From NCBI RefSeq assembly GCF_963921235.1, contig NC_086097.1:46254001-46318000 (forward strand): a DNA stretch of 64,000 nt, read 5' to 3'. This document shows, one piece after another, positions 41,319 to 53,572 of this stretch (position 1 is the first letter of the stretch; each line of letters opens with the position of its first letter). The DNA comes from Mobula hypostoma. Lineage: Eukaryota. The notes beneath the pieces were generated by a model that saw nothing but the letters and a program-made list of their open reading frames with translations, had not been told where the DNA came from and searched no databases. The translations under genes were made by a program, and so were the position numbers.

Positions 41319-42106
41319 TGAAACCCCTTTGTCTCTGGAAATGTGGCTCATTAGCTCCTCGCTAGCAGCCACTGGACTCAGCGGTGAGAAACCCAACTTC
41401 CTCAGGCTCCGTAGGTCTATGGTGTATATGACTTTGGTCCCACCAAACCCGTGAGGTTGGGATGTCTCACCCACTCAAACTCCAGTTTGTGTGAATACTG
41501 TGTGATTACTACTCCCCTGCAATTGCCTGTCGGCAAGAAATAACAGATCATACACTACATACAATTCTAAATAAAGTATATTTATGAATGCTAACTTAAC
41601 CAAAGAGTTATTAAAGAAAGAAAAAAACAAAAAGGGCCCATTATAATTAAACAAATGTACACATAAATTGGAGCTCACGCACTAGACCCTTGGTCTACAT
41701 GAAAGCACACACCACCTTCTGAACATTGCTCGAAATCCATCTCAAACAAACGGGCTCTCCCATGGGAGTATTGGTCCTTCCTCCTTGAAGCCATTCATCT
41801 GCAGAAAGCACCTTGTGCAACAGGCACGGCATCCTCAGCCATCTTCCCCTCTGTCTTCTCCAGCTCTGGCCAAAAAGACCTCAACCCACACCAGTGCCTC
41901 TCACAAAAGCTGCTCCCCCAGCATTCTCTGGAACCTTCTCCCAATTCCACCATCCTGATTGGCTGACACCACATTCCTAAGCTGAACAAAGCCCCGTATC
42001 TCAGTTCAAACCCAAACAGGCCAAAAGCAAAACAGACTGCTCTTACAGAACTGCTAAAATTAAATACCTACAGCATAACAGTAAAAATCTTAACCAGGGC
42101 ATTACA
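41319..42106. mobile_element. Solo LTR (788 bp)
   Basis: TG...CA ends (tgaaacccc ... gggcattaca); 4-bp TSD acta at 41315-41318 and 42107-42110; non-coding. Confidence 0.75.
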
Positions 42107-42239
42107 ACTAATTTTTGTGAAGAACATCAAATTACGTATTTGCAAATGATTTATTAATGATTTAGAAGACAAACTTCCAAAAGTAGTAGAACAGCAAGAA
42201 AAAATGATTACTGTTAGATGCAATTTGTTGAATGCTCAC

Positions 42240-42331
42240 CTCACCAAATGCCCCTCTGCCAATGACTTTCAGCATTTCAAAGTCATCTCGATGTAGCCGC
42301 AGTTCCTTTACAGTAGAAGTAAATGGTTTTG
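42240..42331 (-). CDS. CDC42BPB: Coding exon (92 bp, equivalent to exon 2) of an MRCK/DMPK-family Ser/Thr kinase, probably CDC42BPB
   Basis: Minus strand reads ttgatctctccag|CAAAACCATTT...TTTGGTGAG|gtgagc, with canonical AG/GT. It encodes (A)[30 protein letters not shown], including the kinase Gly-rich loop. Family call is strong; the paralog is less certain. Confidence 0.9.
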
Positions 42332-42469
42332 CTGGAGAGATCAAAAATGGAAGAATTAAATGGGTTGCCAATATCAAATATCAGTTTCATAAATCCAGGT
42401 ACAACACTGGAATGTAAATAATATAATACATTAAGTAAAAGGCCAAAAAGATGACAGAATGAGCACTGT

Positions 42470-42745
42470 TTTTCAATTTATTGAAATACAGTGTGGATCC
42501 TGCCCTTCCAGCCCTTTGAGCCATGCCACCCAGCAAATCCCAATTTAACTCTAGCCTAATCACAGGACAATTTACAATGACCAATTAGTCTTTCGATTAT
42601 GGATGAAAGCCAGAGCACCTGGAAGAAACCCATGCAGTCACTGGGAGAATGTACAAACTCCTTACAGGCAATGGTGGAAAATGAACCCATGTTGCCTGTA
42701 CTATAAGGCGTAGTGCTTACCACTACACTACCATGCCATCCCATT
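42470..42745 (-). mobile_element. V-SINE/HE1-like tRNA-derived SINE
   Basis: Reverse complement begins tggcatggtagtgtagtggt (A box); contains gagtttgtacattctccc and aattggtcattgtaaattgtcc. Confidence 0.75.
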
Positions 42746-43639
42746 GTATTAATAGGGAGATTTTTTTAAATGGTGAGAAATTTGTGAATTTGAGTTTAAA
42801 GATGGAAACTATGCCTTAGTCATGAAACTCAGAAGATAACATACAAATAGTAGATGACTCTTAATTGCAAGACAGCTTGAGCATCAAGGTACATAAATTA
42901 ATCTGCAATATGCAGAGACTTGGTGAGACTATACTATACTTAGAATACAGAGCATCCACACATTGGTCTTCAAGGCAGTATAAATATGCTAAACTGATCT
43001 GGGAGAGAGCTGGTTACCATATCAGTAGATACTGTATGAATTTAGAAATTTAAGTAACTGATCATAAAATTCTAGATTCTGAAAGACTGATGAAGTAGAT
43101 TATGAGAGGCTTTTTTTTTAAAACCAAGTGGACATAATCTTAGGATAAAGTCTCAACCAAGATGAGGACAAATTTGTTTACTTAAAAAGTTGTTAAGACC
43201 CAGGAATTCTCTATTCCAAAAAAGCTCTGAATGCACACTGAATATAATCAGGACTATGACTTGTGGAGTTTTGAAGACAGGATCAAGGGATATGGAGATT
43301 AGGTGGTAAATAGACAAGGTGCAGGAACTGTCATGAGCTTAATGAATGTCTAAGCAAGATCAAAGATTTATAGGCTTACTCCTATAATTAAACCAACGTT
43401 CAAAATCCTGTTTTGCCACACCCAGTCCCTTCAAATAATCCACACACTTTAGGTTATTAAAACAGTTATTGCACATATGAAATGATTTTTTTATATATAT
43501 AGGTTTACATAGACTTAAGATGTAATATTAATATTTTGTGCCATTTGTATCTAATGCTAAAAAAAAACTACATATAAAATAATACACTCCCAATTTTCCA
43601 CAAGGCATCAACCTAGTGAAATAAAAACCAAGTAATGGT

Positions 43640-44480
43640 CAAATAGATTTATTCTAGCTGGAGGTCTGTGATTAGAGGTGCTCTGCAAAGATCTGCATTT
43701 GTATCTCTGCTGTTTGTGATGTATATAAATGATCTGGATGAAAATGTACATGGGTGGGTTAGTAAGTTTGCAGATGATACAAAGATTGGTGGTGTTGTGG
43801 ATAAGCATAGAAGACTGGCAAAGAATACAGCAGGATATACATCAGTTGTAGATATGGGAGGTGAAATGGCAGATCGAGTTTAACCCAGCCAAATGTGAAG
43901 TGTTGCACCTTGGTCAGTCAAATGTAAAGAGACAAAGCACAGTTAAGGGCATGACCCCTAACAGTGTTTAGGGTCCAAGTTCATAGGTCCCTGGATTAAA
44001 AGGCATGTACTATAATGAGAGGTTGCATAAAAATTGTTTTTCTCTGGAGTAGCACAAGGCTGAGGGGAGATCCAATAGAGATTTAGAAGATTAAGAGAGG
44101 CATAGATAGAATGGACAGCATCTTTTCCACAGGGTTGAAATGTCTAATGCCAGAAGGCATGCACTTAAGATGAGAGGGGGTAATTTTAAAGGAGATGTTA
44201 AAGGCAAGTTTTTTTTTTATTTACGTGGAGAGTGGTGGGTCACTGAAATGTGCTGCCTGGTAGTAGAAGCAGATACATTAGGGGACTGTTAAAAGGCATG
44301 TAGATAGGCACATAAATATGACGAAAATAGAGGGATATGGACATTGTGTAGGGATATGGACATCATGTAAGCATAAGGGATTAATTTAATTGGCCATTTT
44401 ATTACTAATTTATTTAGATGGCACAACATTATGGGCCGAAGGGCCTGTTACTGTGCTGAACTGTTCTACGTTCTATTGCT
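43640..44480 (+). mobile_element. CR1 3' fragment
   Basis: 'YINDLDENVHGWVSKFADDTK'; tail ctgttctacgttcta. Confidence 0.85.
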
Positions 44481-44589
44481 TTAACTCCAATTAATCAGTT
44501 AAGTAGTAACAGTGCTTAAAAATTCAACTTATGAAACTTAAAAATAGTTAATGTACAAGCTGCATACAGAAAAATACAAAGAAATGCAT

Positions 44590-44751
44590 ACAACAGGAAT
44601 TCTGCAGATGCTGGAAATTGAAGCAACACACATCAAAGTTGCTGGTGAACGCAGCAGGCCAGGCAGCATCTCTAGGAAGAGGTACAGTCGACGTTTCAGG
44701 CCGAGATGCTGCCTGGCCTGCTGCGTTCACCAGCAACTTTGATGTGTGTTG
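44590..44751. mobile_element. Hairpin-only Penelope-like insertion (162 bp)
   Basis: Perfect 50-bp inverted arms 44623-44672 / 44703-44752; TSD caaagaaatgcat at 44577-44589 and 44752-44764. Confidence 0.9.
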
Positions 44752-45254
44752 CAAAGAAATGCATGTTCAGAAACAAAAAAAAGACACCTTTCCCAAGCAA
44801 AATTCAGTAGTTCGAGGTATTAGGGTTTCCTCATAGCAGAAAGACATCTAGGTCTTCCATGTATGTAAAGTCAAGTAGAGAAGCCCCTAACTTACTCACA
44901 GGTATGAAACAGAATCAATCAATTCACTTAGCTTCTCCAATCTATTCAGAGACCACTTGTGGAGTTCCATTCTGTCGAGATTTCCAATATTTACTCTGGG
45001 AACTGGCTCTCAAAGACCCCAGCGACAAGGCAGTGAAGGTGAAATGCAGGCAACTACCCTTTGCAAAATTATGTAATTTTTATGTTATTTTAAAAGTATT
45101 TATAAGTGTTGGCTGATGACCCTAGAGCTGCCATAAGGGCACTGCTGGAGGTACGGCAGGCAGTAATGCCAAGCAGGAAATATCTTCCTGTGAATCTCGT
45201 TGGCTGGTCTGATTCTTAGGGAAAGTTATTTTCTTTTTAATTTTTTAATCTATT

Positions 45255-46055
45255 TCAAAGTTGAAAGTACATTTATTATCAAAATACACATATGTCATCA
45301 TACACTACCCTGAAATTCATTTTTGTGGGCATTCACAGTAACTACAAAGAACAAAGGCAGACAAACAACCAATGTGCAAATACAAAAAGAGAAAAAAAAA
45401 ACAAATAATAATAATAATAATGATAAATAAATATGTAATAAACATCAACAACAAGTGTTGTAGAGTCCTTGAAAGTGAGTCCATAGATTATGGAACCAGT
45501 TCAGTGTTGAGTTTGAGTGAAGTTATCTCCTCTGGTTCAGGAGCCTAAAGGGTGAGGGGAAATTACTGTTTCTGAACCTGGTGATGTGGGGTCTGAAGAT
45601 CCTGTAGCTCCTGTTCCTGATGGCAGCAACAAGAAGAGAGCATGGCCTAGATGGTGGGGGTCCTTGAAAATGGATGCTGCTTTCCTGTGACAGCACTCCT
45701 TCTAGATGTGCTCAGTGGTGGAGAGGACTTTATTTGTGATGGACTAGGCTATATCCACTACTTTTTGTAGCTTTTCCATTCAAGGGCATTGTTGTTTCCA
45801 TACAAGGCTGTGATGCGACCAGAGTATTTTCTCCACTGTGCGCCTATAGAAGTTTGTCAAAGTCTTAGATGACATGCCAAATCTTCGCAAACTTCCAAGA
45901 AAGTAGAGATGCTGCCATGCCTTCTTTGTAATAGCAGTTACGTGCTGGACCCTGGACAGATCCTCTGAAATTATAATGCCAAGGAATACAAAGTTGCTTA
46001 CCTTCTCCACTTCTGATCCCCTGATGAGGCGCATGGTGTTCTTCACCATAGTTCA
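45255..46055 (-). mobile_element. Rex1-like LINE 3' fragment
   Basis: ORF 45780..46049 'KKAWQHLYFLGSLRRFGMSSKTLTNFYR'. Confidence 0.8.
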
Positions 46056-47749
46056 CTTTCATAAGTGCCTTCAAATGTCAAGGATATACAGAAACATTTC
46101 AAAGACCTTATAACCTTGACGGTCAAAGCTAGGGCAAGATTCTTCTGGCTGCTGAAATTTACAACCACATTTCAGGATGATGTTTGTTAAATACACCTCT
46201 GTGGGCCTTGCTGTCACTGAGTCCATGGTCCTTTGGGCCAACAAGTATTCTGTATCAAGACCAGATGACAGTGGGAATTAGTGGGAAGGTTTTCATCCCT
46301 AATTGCTTTAAGGTGATGAGGCAGCCTTCTGGTGTAGATGCTCCCACAATGTTAAAAAATAAAGCATTCTAGGACATACAGAGATCCTGTGACAATGAAA
46401 AAGCAGCAATACATTTCCAAGTCAGGATGGTATATTATTGGGAGACTTGCAGATGGTAATGCCTCTGTACATCGTGCCTTTGTCCTTTAACAGTAGGGGT
46501 AACAGTCTCTAAGTAATTACAGTGCATGTTATAGTGGGACAGACTGCAATCACCGTGCAATGATGATGGAAGAAATGAATTTTAACCATGGTCCATGCCA
46601 ACAAAATCTGGCCATGAGTGCTCCAAATACTTCAGTATGCAACTACAATAACAAGCACATACTTGTCTCATTTAATGTTGTCCAAACTGGAATTATTCTT
46701 TTATATCTTTTCTGTGGCTTGTTTTGTGTGGTGTACATAATCAAGAAATTGTGTTTAAAAAAAGATCATCAATGTTTTACAACGCAGGAGGTGATTTAAC
46801 CAAATTTAAGCTAATCCTCCAATCCTCTAGCATCACTCCTGTACCCACAAGGAGATTGAGAAGCTAAAATCTGGTCCTTTCTTTCTTTACTTCTTTTAAC
46901 AACCTAGGATACATTTCATGGGAGATGGCAATTTGTCCATTTTTAAAGATTAAGTTTCTCTTAGAAATTGGATGCAACTTTTTGCTTTGTGAGAATTTAT
47001 TTTCCCTGAATCCCCCAAATCTTCCTGTTGAATTCTTTCAATTTCTCCAAATGAGTTTATATAATGTCTCCCATCCATTACATAATGTACTGGTGGGGCA
47101 CAGGAGTACAGAGACTCATTCCACCAAGATGCAACACAGAGCGTCAAAGGAAGTCATTCCTGCCTGTGGCCATCAAACTTTACAACTCGTCCCTTGGAGG
47201 GTCAGACACCCTGAGTCAATAGGCTGGTGGTCCTGGACTTATTTCCTGGCATAATTTACATATTACTATTTAACTATTTATGGTTTTAATACTATTTAAT
47301 TATTTATGGTGCAACTGTAACGCAAACCAATTTCCCCCGGGATCAATAAAGTACGACTATGACTATAAGCAACTATTGCTAATGCATTTTTATTAAATTG
47401 CTTCTCGCTCTAGTATATTTGGCCTTACCCCAATTTAGAACCTGATTTATTATATTTGTCTTTATCCTTAACTATGCTCAGTCTAACTGCATTTATGATC
47501 ACTGTCACAAAAAATGGTTTCCAATTCATACTCTTCAAAATGCTCATCTTTATTTCCCAAACTGCATAAGATTAGTTGTGCATTGAATAGTTCAAGTAAT
47601 CCAATGACCAACAGTTCAAAGAGCTCTTTTAAAAAGTGTTGCCAGATTCTTTGAATTACCATCTCTGTCCCAGCTTCTTATCCATCTTTCCACCTAGAGA
47701 TGAGCTTGTATAGAGATTCTCAGATACAGGTGATGCTGCAAAGTATCAT

Positions 47750-49790
47750 AATGATAGAGTACTGCATTGTCATGACTAATTTGATTGAATTTTTTGAAGA
47801 TATAACAAAATTCATTGATAAGGCGGCGATGTAATCTACACAGACTTCAATAAGGCACGTGACAAAGTCCTACATGGGAGACTCATCCTAAAAATTAGAA
47901 CCCATGGCAAATTGGCTTGGCGAGTACTGATGATGAAGAGTTACATTTGTGATTAGAATCCTGTGACCACTTCTGTTCAACAGATCAGTGCTGCAGACTT
48001 TATTGTTTGTCATACACATTAATGATTCGGATACGAATGTAGGAGGTATGATTACTAGACTGGTGGTGTAGTTGAAAGCGAGGAAGAAAGCCTTAGATTA
48101 CATGAAAACATTAATCAGCTGGTGAAACAGGTCGAGCAATGGCAGATGGAATTTAAACCAGTCAAGTACAAGTTGATTCACTTTAGGAAGATGAATAAGG
48201 GGACAGCAAAAATAATGATGGGTGGGCTATAAGATGTAATGAGGAAGAGAGGAACTTTAGATGGATCCCTGAAGGTGACAGAACAGGTAGACAAAATGGT
48301 GATGGCAACTGGGATCTTTCTTTATCAAGACCACAGAATATAATGACAGAAGTTTATTTGATTAGGTCACAGCTAGAATACTCTGTAGTTCTGGTCAACA
48401 CACTTTAGAAAGGACAGAATTGTACTGGAGAGGATGTAGAGGAGATTCGCCAGAAGGTTGACAGGTATGGGGTTTTTCTACTTATGAGGAGAAAATGGAT
48501 AGGCTAGCTTTGTTTCTCTTGGAACAGCGGAGGCCAAAGAATGACCTAACTGTTATGCACAAACCTGAATGGCATAGATAGTAGATAAAAGGAGGCTTGA
48601 AGACATAGGTTAATGGTAAGGAAGAAAGAGATCTAGAAGGGATCTTAGGAAGAATTTATTTATTCCAGAGGGTGCTGTAACTGGAATGAACTGCCTGATT
48701 AAGTGGTAGAAGCAAGAATTCTTATAAAACTTAAGCCACTTTGAGATGAGCACTTGAATTGCTACAGCAAAGAACAAAGCCAAGTGCTGGTACATAGGAT
48801 TAGTTTTGATGGCTAATTAATGGTCAATATGGCCATGGCGGGTCAAAGGATCTTTTTCTCTGCAGTACGACACAATGAAAGGGAGGAAATATATACAGCT
48901 TCCTAACATAGGAAAGCGGGAAATGTTTATTCTTTGAGAGTCAAGAGGAAACAGCTAACTTTATAAAAATGCACTGGCATTCATGAGCTTGCAAGAAGCA
49001 TTCCTGAGTCTGTTGGCCAACAAGTAGGCTAGATTTAGCCTTAATTACTTGCTGCCAGGAGCTAAATTTCCCAAAGTCTGGAAACTCCAGTCACTAAGGT
49101 TCAAGTGACTCACAATGTGTAAAGCATGGAAACAGACCCTTCAGCCCACCACATCTGTGCTAATCCCACTTACCTGATTTCGTCCTTACCTATGCTGGGA
49201 GAAAGACTGTCACTATCTACCCTTTTGAGCCCTTTAAAATAAAAAAAAATCTCAAGTCACTTGTCAAGAGTCTTCATTCCAGGGAATAAGAGTGCCAGTC
49301 TATTCAAGCCCTTCAGAACCAGCAACATTCCTGTGAATCTTTTCCACACCCTCTCTAGCTTAATCACCCATATCCTAAACCATGGCAACCAGAATGGCAG
49401 ACAATTATCCAAGTGCCGTCTACCAATGATTTGAACAACTGTTTGGATGCCTTCCCAACTCCAACACTCAATGCCTTGACTGATGAAGACAAGCATGCCA
49501 TTTATCTTCCTCACCACCCTATCCAATTCTGTCACACTTTCAGGGAAATACGTACTTGTACCTTGCTGTCTTGCTGTTCAGAAACACTCAAGATGTGCCA
49601 TTCACTGTGTATGTTCTGGCCTGGTTTAAATTGCCAAAATGCATCACTTTGAACCTGCACCAGTTAAAGACTTTCCTGTTGTAAACTTTAGGCAATCTTC
49701 TTCGCTGTCCACAATACCACCAATTTTCATGTCATTTTCAAATGTAATGTTACCAGCATTCTCATCCAAGTCATTAACATTTTATAATTT
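47750..49790. mobile_element. Old CR1 fragments: + ~47750-48880 and - ~49120-49790
   Basis: 'CHD/LIEFFEDIT', 'WQMEF', 'KLERVWKRFTGML' remnants. Confidence 0.75.
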
Positions 49791-50157
49791 AATAATATAT
49801 TAGGAAGGCATTCAAGATTTAATGTCATTTCCAGTACACAAATGTAAAGGAGAACAAAATAATTGCTATTCCAGATCCGATACAGCAAAAAAAAACTCAG
49901 TAACAATTTAAAAAACAATAAATATCAATACAGTATGTAAGACAGCTTATATACGTAGATTGACTGTATGTCCATAAAGTGACACTAGGCGCAGGAGTGT
50001 CTGTGCATAAGGTGACTGACAGAAAAAGATAAAGTAGTGGTGGTTGGTGCTGTAGAGGCAAACAACAGGAATTCTGCAGATGCTGGAAATTCAAGCAACA
50101 CACATAAAAGTTGCTGGTGAACGCAGCAGGCCAGGCAGCATCTCTAGGAAGAGGTAC

Positions 50158-50193
50158 AGTCAATATTTCGGGTCGAGACCCTTCATCAGGACT
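50158..50193 (-). ncRNA. Minimal hammerhead ribozyme motif
   Basis: Reverse complement agtc-CTGATGA-agggtctcgaccc-GAAA-tatt-gact. Confidence 0.6.
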
Positions 50194-52152
50194 AACTGAA
50201 GGAAGAGTTAGTAAGAGATTTGAAAGTGGGAGGGGGAGGGGGAGATCCAAAATGATAGGAGAAGACAGGAGGGGGAGGGATGGAGCCAAGAGCTGGACAG
50301 GTGATTGGCAAAAGGGATACGAGAGGATCATGGGACAGGAGGTCCGGGAAGAAAGACAAGGGGGGGGACCCAGAGGATGGGCAAGGGGTATAGTCAGAGG
50401 GACAGAGGGAGAAAAAGGAGAGTGAGAGAAAGAATGTGTGTATAAAAATAAGTAACAGATGGGGTACGAGGGGGAGGTGGGGCATTAGCGGAAGTCAGAG
50501 AAGTCGATGCTCATGCCATCAGGTTGGAGGCTACCCAGACGGAATATAAGGTGTTGTTCCTCCAACCTGAGTGTGGCTTCATCTTTACAGTAGAGGAGGC
50601 CGTGGATAGACATGTCAGAATGGGAATGGGATGGGGAATTAAAATGTGTGGACACTGGGAGATCCTGCTTTCTCTGGCGGACAGAGCGTAGGTGTTCAGC
50701 AAAGCGGTCTCCCAGTCTGCGTCGGGTCTCGCCAATATATGAAAGCCACATCGGGAGCACCGGACGCAGTATATCACCCCAGCCGATGCACAGGTGAAGT
50801 GTTGCCTCACCTGGAAGGACTGTTTGGGGCCCTGAATGGTGGTAAGGGAGGAAGTGTAAGGGCATATGTAGCACTTGTTCCACTTACACGGATAAGTGCC
50901 ATAAATGCTTATCCACTGATGTTTCCCCTTTCTAGATCTTTCTGTCTCTGTCTCTGGAGACAGCTTATCCAGTGATGTCTACTATAAGCCTACTGACTCT
51001 CACAGCTATCTGGACTATTCCTCTTCTCACCCTGTCTCTTGCAAAAACGCCATCCCCTTCTCGTAATTCCTCCGTCTCTGCCGCATCTGCTCTCAGGATG
51101 AGGCTTTTCATTCTAGGATGAGGGAGATGTCTTCCTTTTTTAAAGAAAGGGGCTTCCCTTCCTCCACTATCAACTCTGCTCTTAAACGCATCTCCCCCAT
51201 TTCACGTACATCTGCTCTCACTCCATCCTCCCACCACCCCACTAGGAATAGGGTTCCCCTGGTCCTCACCTACCACCCCACCAGCCTCCGGGTCCAACAT
51301 ATTATTCTCCGTAACTTCCGCCACCTCCAACGGGATCCCACCACTAAGCACATCTTTCCCTCCCCCCCACCCCTGCATTCCGCAGGGATCGCTCCCTAGT
51401 CCATTCGTCCCCCCCATCCCTCCCCACTGATCTCCCTCCTGGCACTTATCCGTGTAAGCGGAACAGGTGCTACACATGCCCTTACACTTCCTCCCTTACC
51501 ACCATTCAGGGCCCCAAACAGTCCTTCCAGGTGAGGCAACACTTCACCTGTGAGTCGGCTGGGGTGATATACTGCGTCCGGTGCTCCCGATGTGGCCTTT
51601 TATATATTGGCGAGACCCGACACAGACTGGGAGACCGCTTTGCTGAACACCTACGCTCTGTCTGCCAGAGAAAGCAGGATCTCCCAGTGGCCACACATTT
51701 TAATTTCCCATCCCATTTCCATTCTGACATGTCTATCCACGGCCTCCTCTACTGTAAAGATGAAGCCACACTCAAGTTGGAGGAACAACACCTTATATTC
51801 CGTCTGGGTAGCCTCCAACCTGATGGCATGAACCTTGACTTCTCTAACTTCCACTAATGCCCCACCTCCCCCTCGTACCCCATCTGTTACTTATTTTTAT
51901 ACACACATTCTTTCTCTCACTCTCTTTTTTCTCCCTCTGTCCCTCTGACTATACCCCTTGCCCATCCTCTGGGTCCCCCCCCCGCCTTGTCTTTCTTCCC
52001 GGACCTCCTGTCCCATGATCCTCTTGTATCCCTTTTGCCAATCACCTGTCCAGCTCTTGGCTCCATCCCTCCCCCTCCTGTCTTCTCCTATCATTTTGGA
52101 TCTCCCCCTCCCCCTCCAACTTTCAAATCTCTTACTAGCTCTTCCTTCAGTT

Positions 52153-52188
52153 AGTCCTGACGAAGGGTTTCGGCCTGAAACATCGACT
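52153..52188 (+). ncRNA. Minimal hammerhead ribozyme motif
   Basis: agtc-CTGACGA-agggtttcggcct-GAAA-catc-gact. Confidence 0.65.
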
Positions 52189-53572
52189 GTACCTCTTCCT
52201 AGAGATGCTGCCTGGCCTGCTGCGTTCACCAGCAACTTTTATGTGTGGTGCTGTAGAGGGGTGGGTTAGTGGATGAAAGTATTGATCAGCCTTACTGCAA
52301 GTGGAAAGTAATTGTTTTTGAGTCTAGTGGTCCCAGGGTGGATATTACCCTGATGGGAGTGGGACAAACAAGTCATGAGCAGGGTAGGTAGAATCCTTTA
52401 TGATGTTACTGACCATTTTCTAGCACCCTTCTGTATACATGTCCTTGATGGCAGGTAAACTGGTGTCAGTGATGCACTGAGCAGTTTTAACTACTTCCTG
52501 TCTGGTGCAATGCAGTTTCTGTACATGCAGTGATGCAGCTTGTTAGGATGCTCTCTACTGTGAATCTGCAGATGGACATGAGTATAGATGTGCATAGTCT
52601 AGATCTACCCCAGAAAGTAAAGGCATTGGTGAGCTTTTTTGATTGTTTAGGATGTATTCTGGAACCACAAGAGGTTGTGCGAAATGTGCACTCCCAGAAG
52701 TTTGAAGGTGCTCGCCATTTACACTGCTGTGCCAATGATGTAGAGGGGGTGAGAGTGGTGCGAGTTCTCCTAAAGTTGATAATCATCTCTTTTATCTTGT
52801 TGATATTAAGGAAGAGGTCATTTGTCGGTGGGCACCAGGCCTCAAGCTGTTCCACCTCTTCTCTGTAGCCGTCTTGTCATTGTTGGTGATGAGCCCCACC
52901 ACAGTTGTGTCATTGGCAAAATTGACAGTGTGCTTACTTAGGTGTTTGAGTGTGCAGTTATGTGTGAGCAAGGTATACAGTAACAGACTCAGCACCAGCT
53001 CTGGGGGACATGCGTGTTGAGGATGATGGGAAGGGAGAAGCAGCTGTCCATCCTGAAAGTCTGAAGTCGATTCATTTAGAAGCCCAACACTGAAATGCAC
53101 AAAGCTGTATTAGACTGAGGAGTAGGAGCTTGTTCACCAAGGTCTGTGGGGCAATAGTGCTGCATGCTGAAATGAAATCCAGAAACAGCATTCTGACACA
53201 AGTTTGTATTCAAGGTGTGTCACAACCAGGCACATGAGAGATGCTATGGCATCTGTTGTTGAGCGGTTCTGTTCGTCAACATATTGGTGAGTGCCCAATG
53301 TGGCAAGAATGGAGTTTTGGTTACGTATCATTACCAGCCATTCAAAACACTGCATGATGATTGGCATCAGTGCCACCGGGTGGTAGTCAGTTCGTTTTTG
53401 AGGTGTAGAGTTCTTTGCTACAGACATGAAGGTGATTGATTTGAAGTATGTTGTTGAGTGAAGTGTTGAAGATGTCTGTGAAGACATCACCATGCTGGTG
53501 TGCACACTCCCCGAGTACTGAGCCTGGGATGTTGTTGGGCCCAGGTTGACACTGCACAGTCCTTCTCACATA

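Larger units (their letters stand above)
50059..52245. mobile_element. Young Neptune-type Penelope-like element, inverted structure, with RT C-terminus and GIY-YIG endonuclease
   Basis: Left arm (-) 50059-~50900, right arm (+) ~50905-52245; 'GVIYCVRCSRCGLLYIGET...RFAEH' (51531..51857); Cys linker 'PCKRNRCYTC'; TSD tggtgctgtagagg at 50045-50058 and 52246-52259. Confidence 0.92.

Noticed and set aside
42162..42377. 71-aa ORF as a standalone protein
   Set aside because: Only 42240-42331 is kinase-like and it is bounded by AG/GT; the rest is intron read-through.
44623..44752. Conserved miRNA gene or DNA-transposon MITE
   Set aside because: The arms match PLE terminal sequence elsewhere in the window, and the 13-bp TSD and one-sided tail fit the PLE insertions.
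50158..50170. Compensatory change keeping the stem III palindrome (ACGT>ATAT)
   Set aside because: CpG deamination on both strands explains CG>TA without selection.
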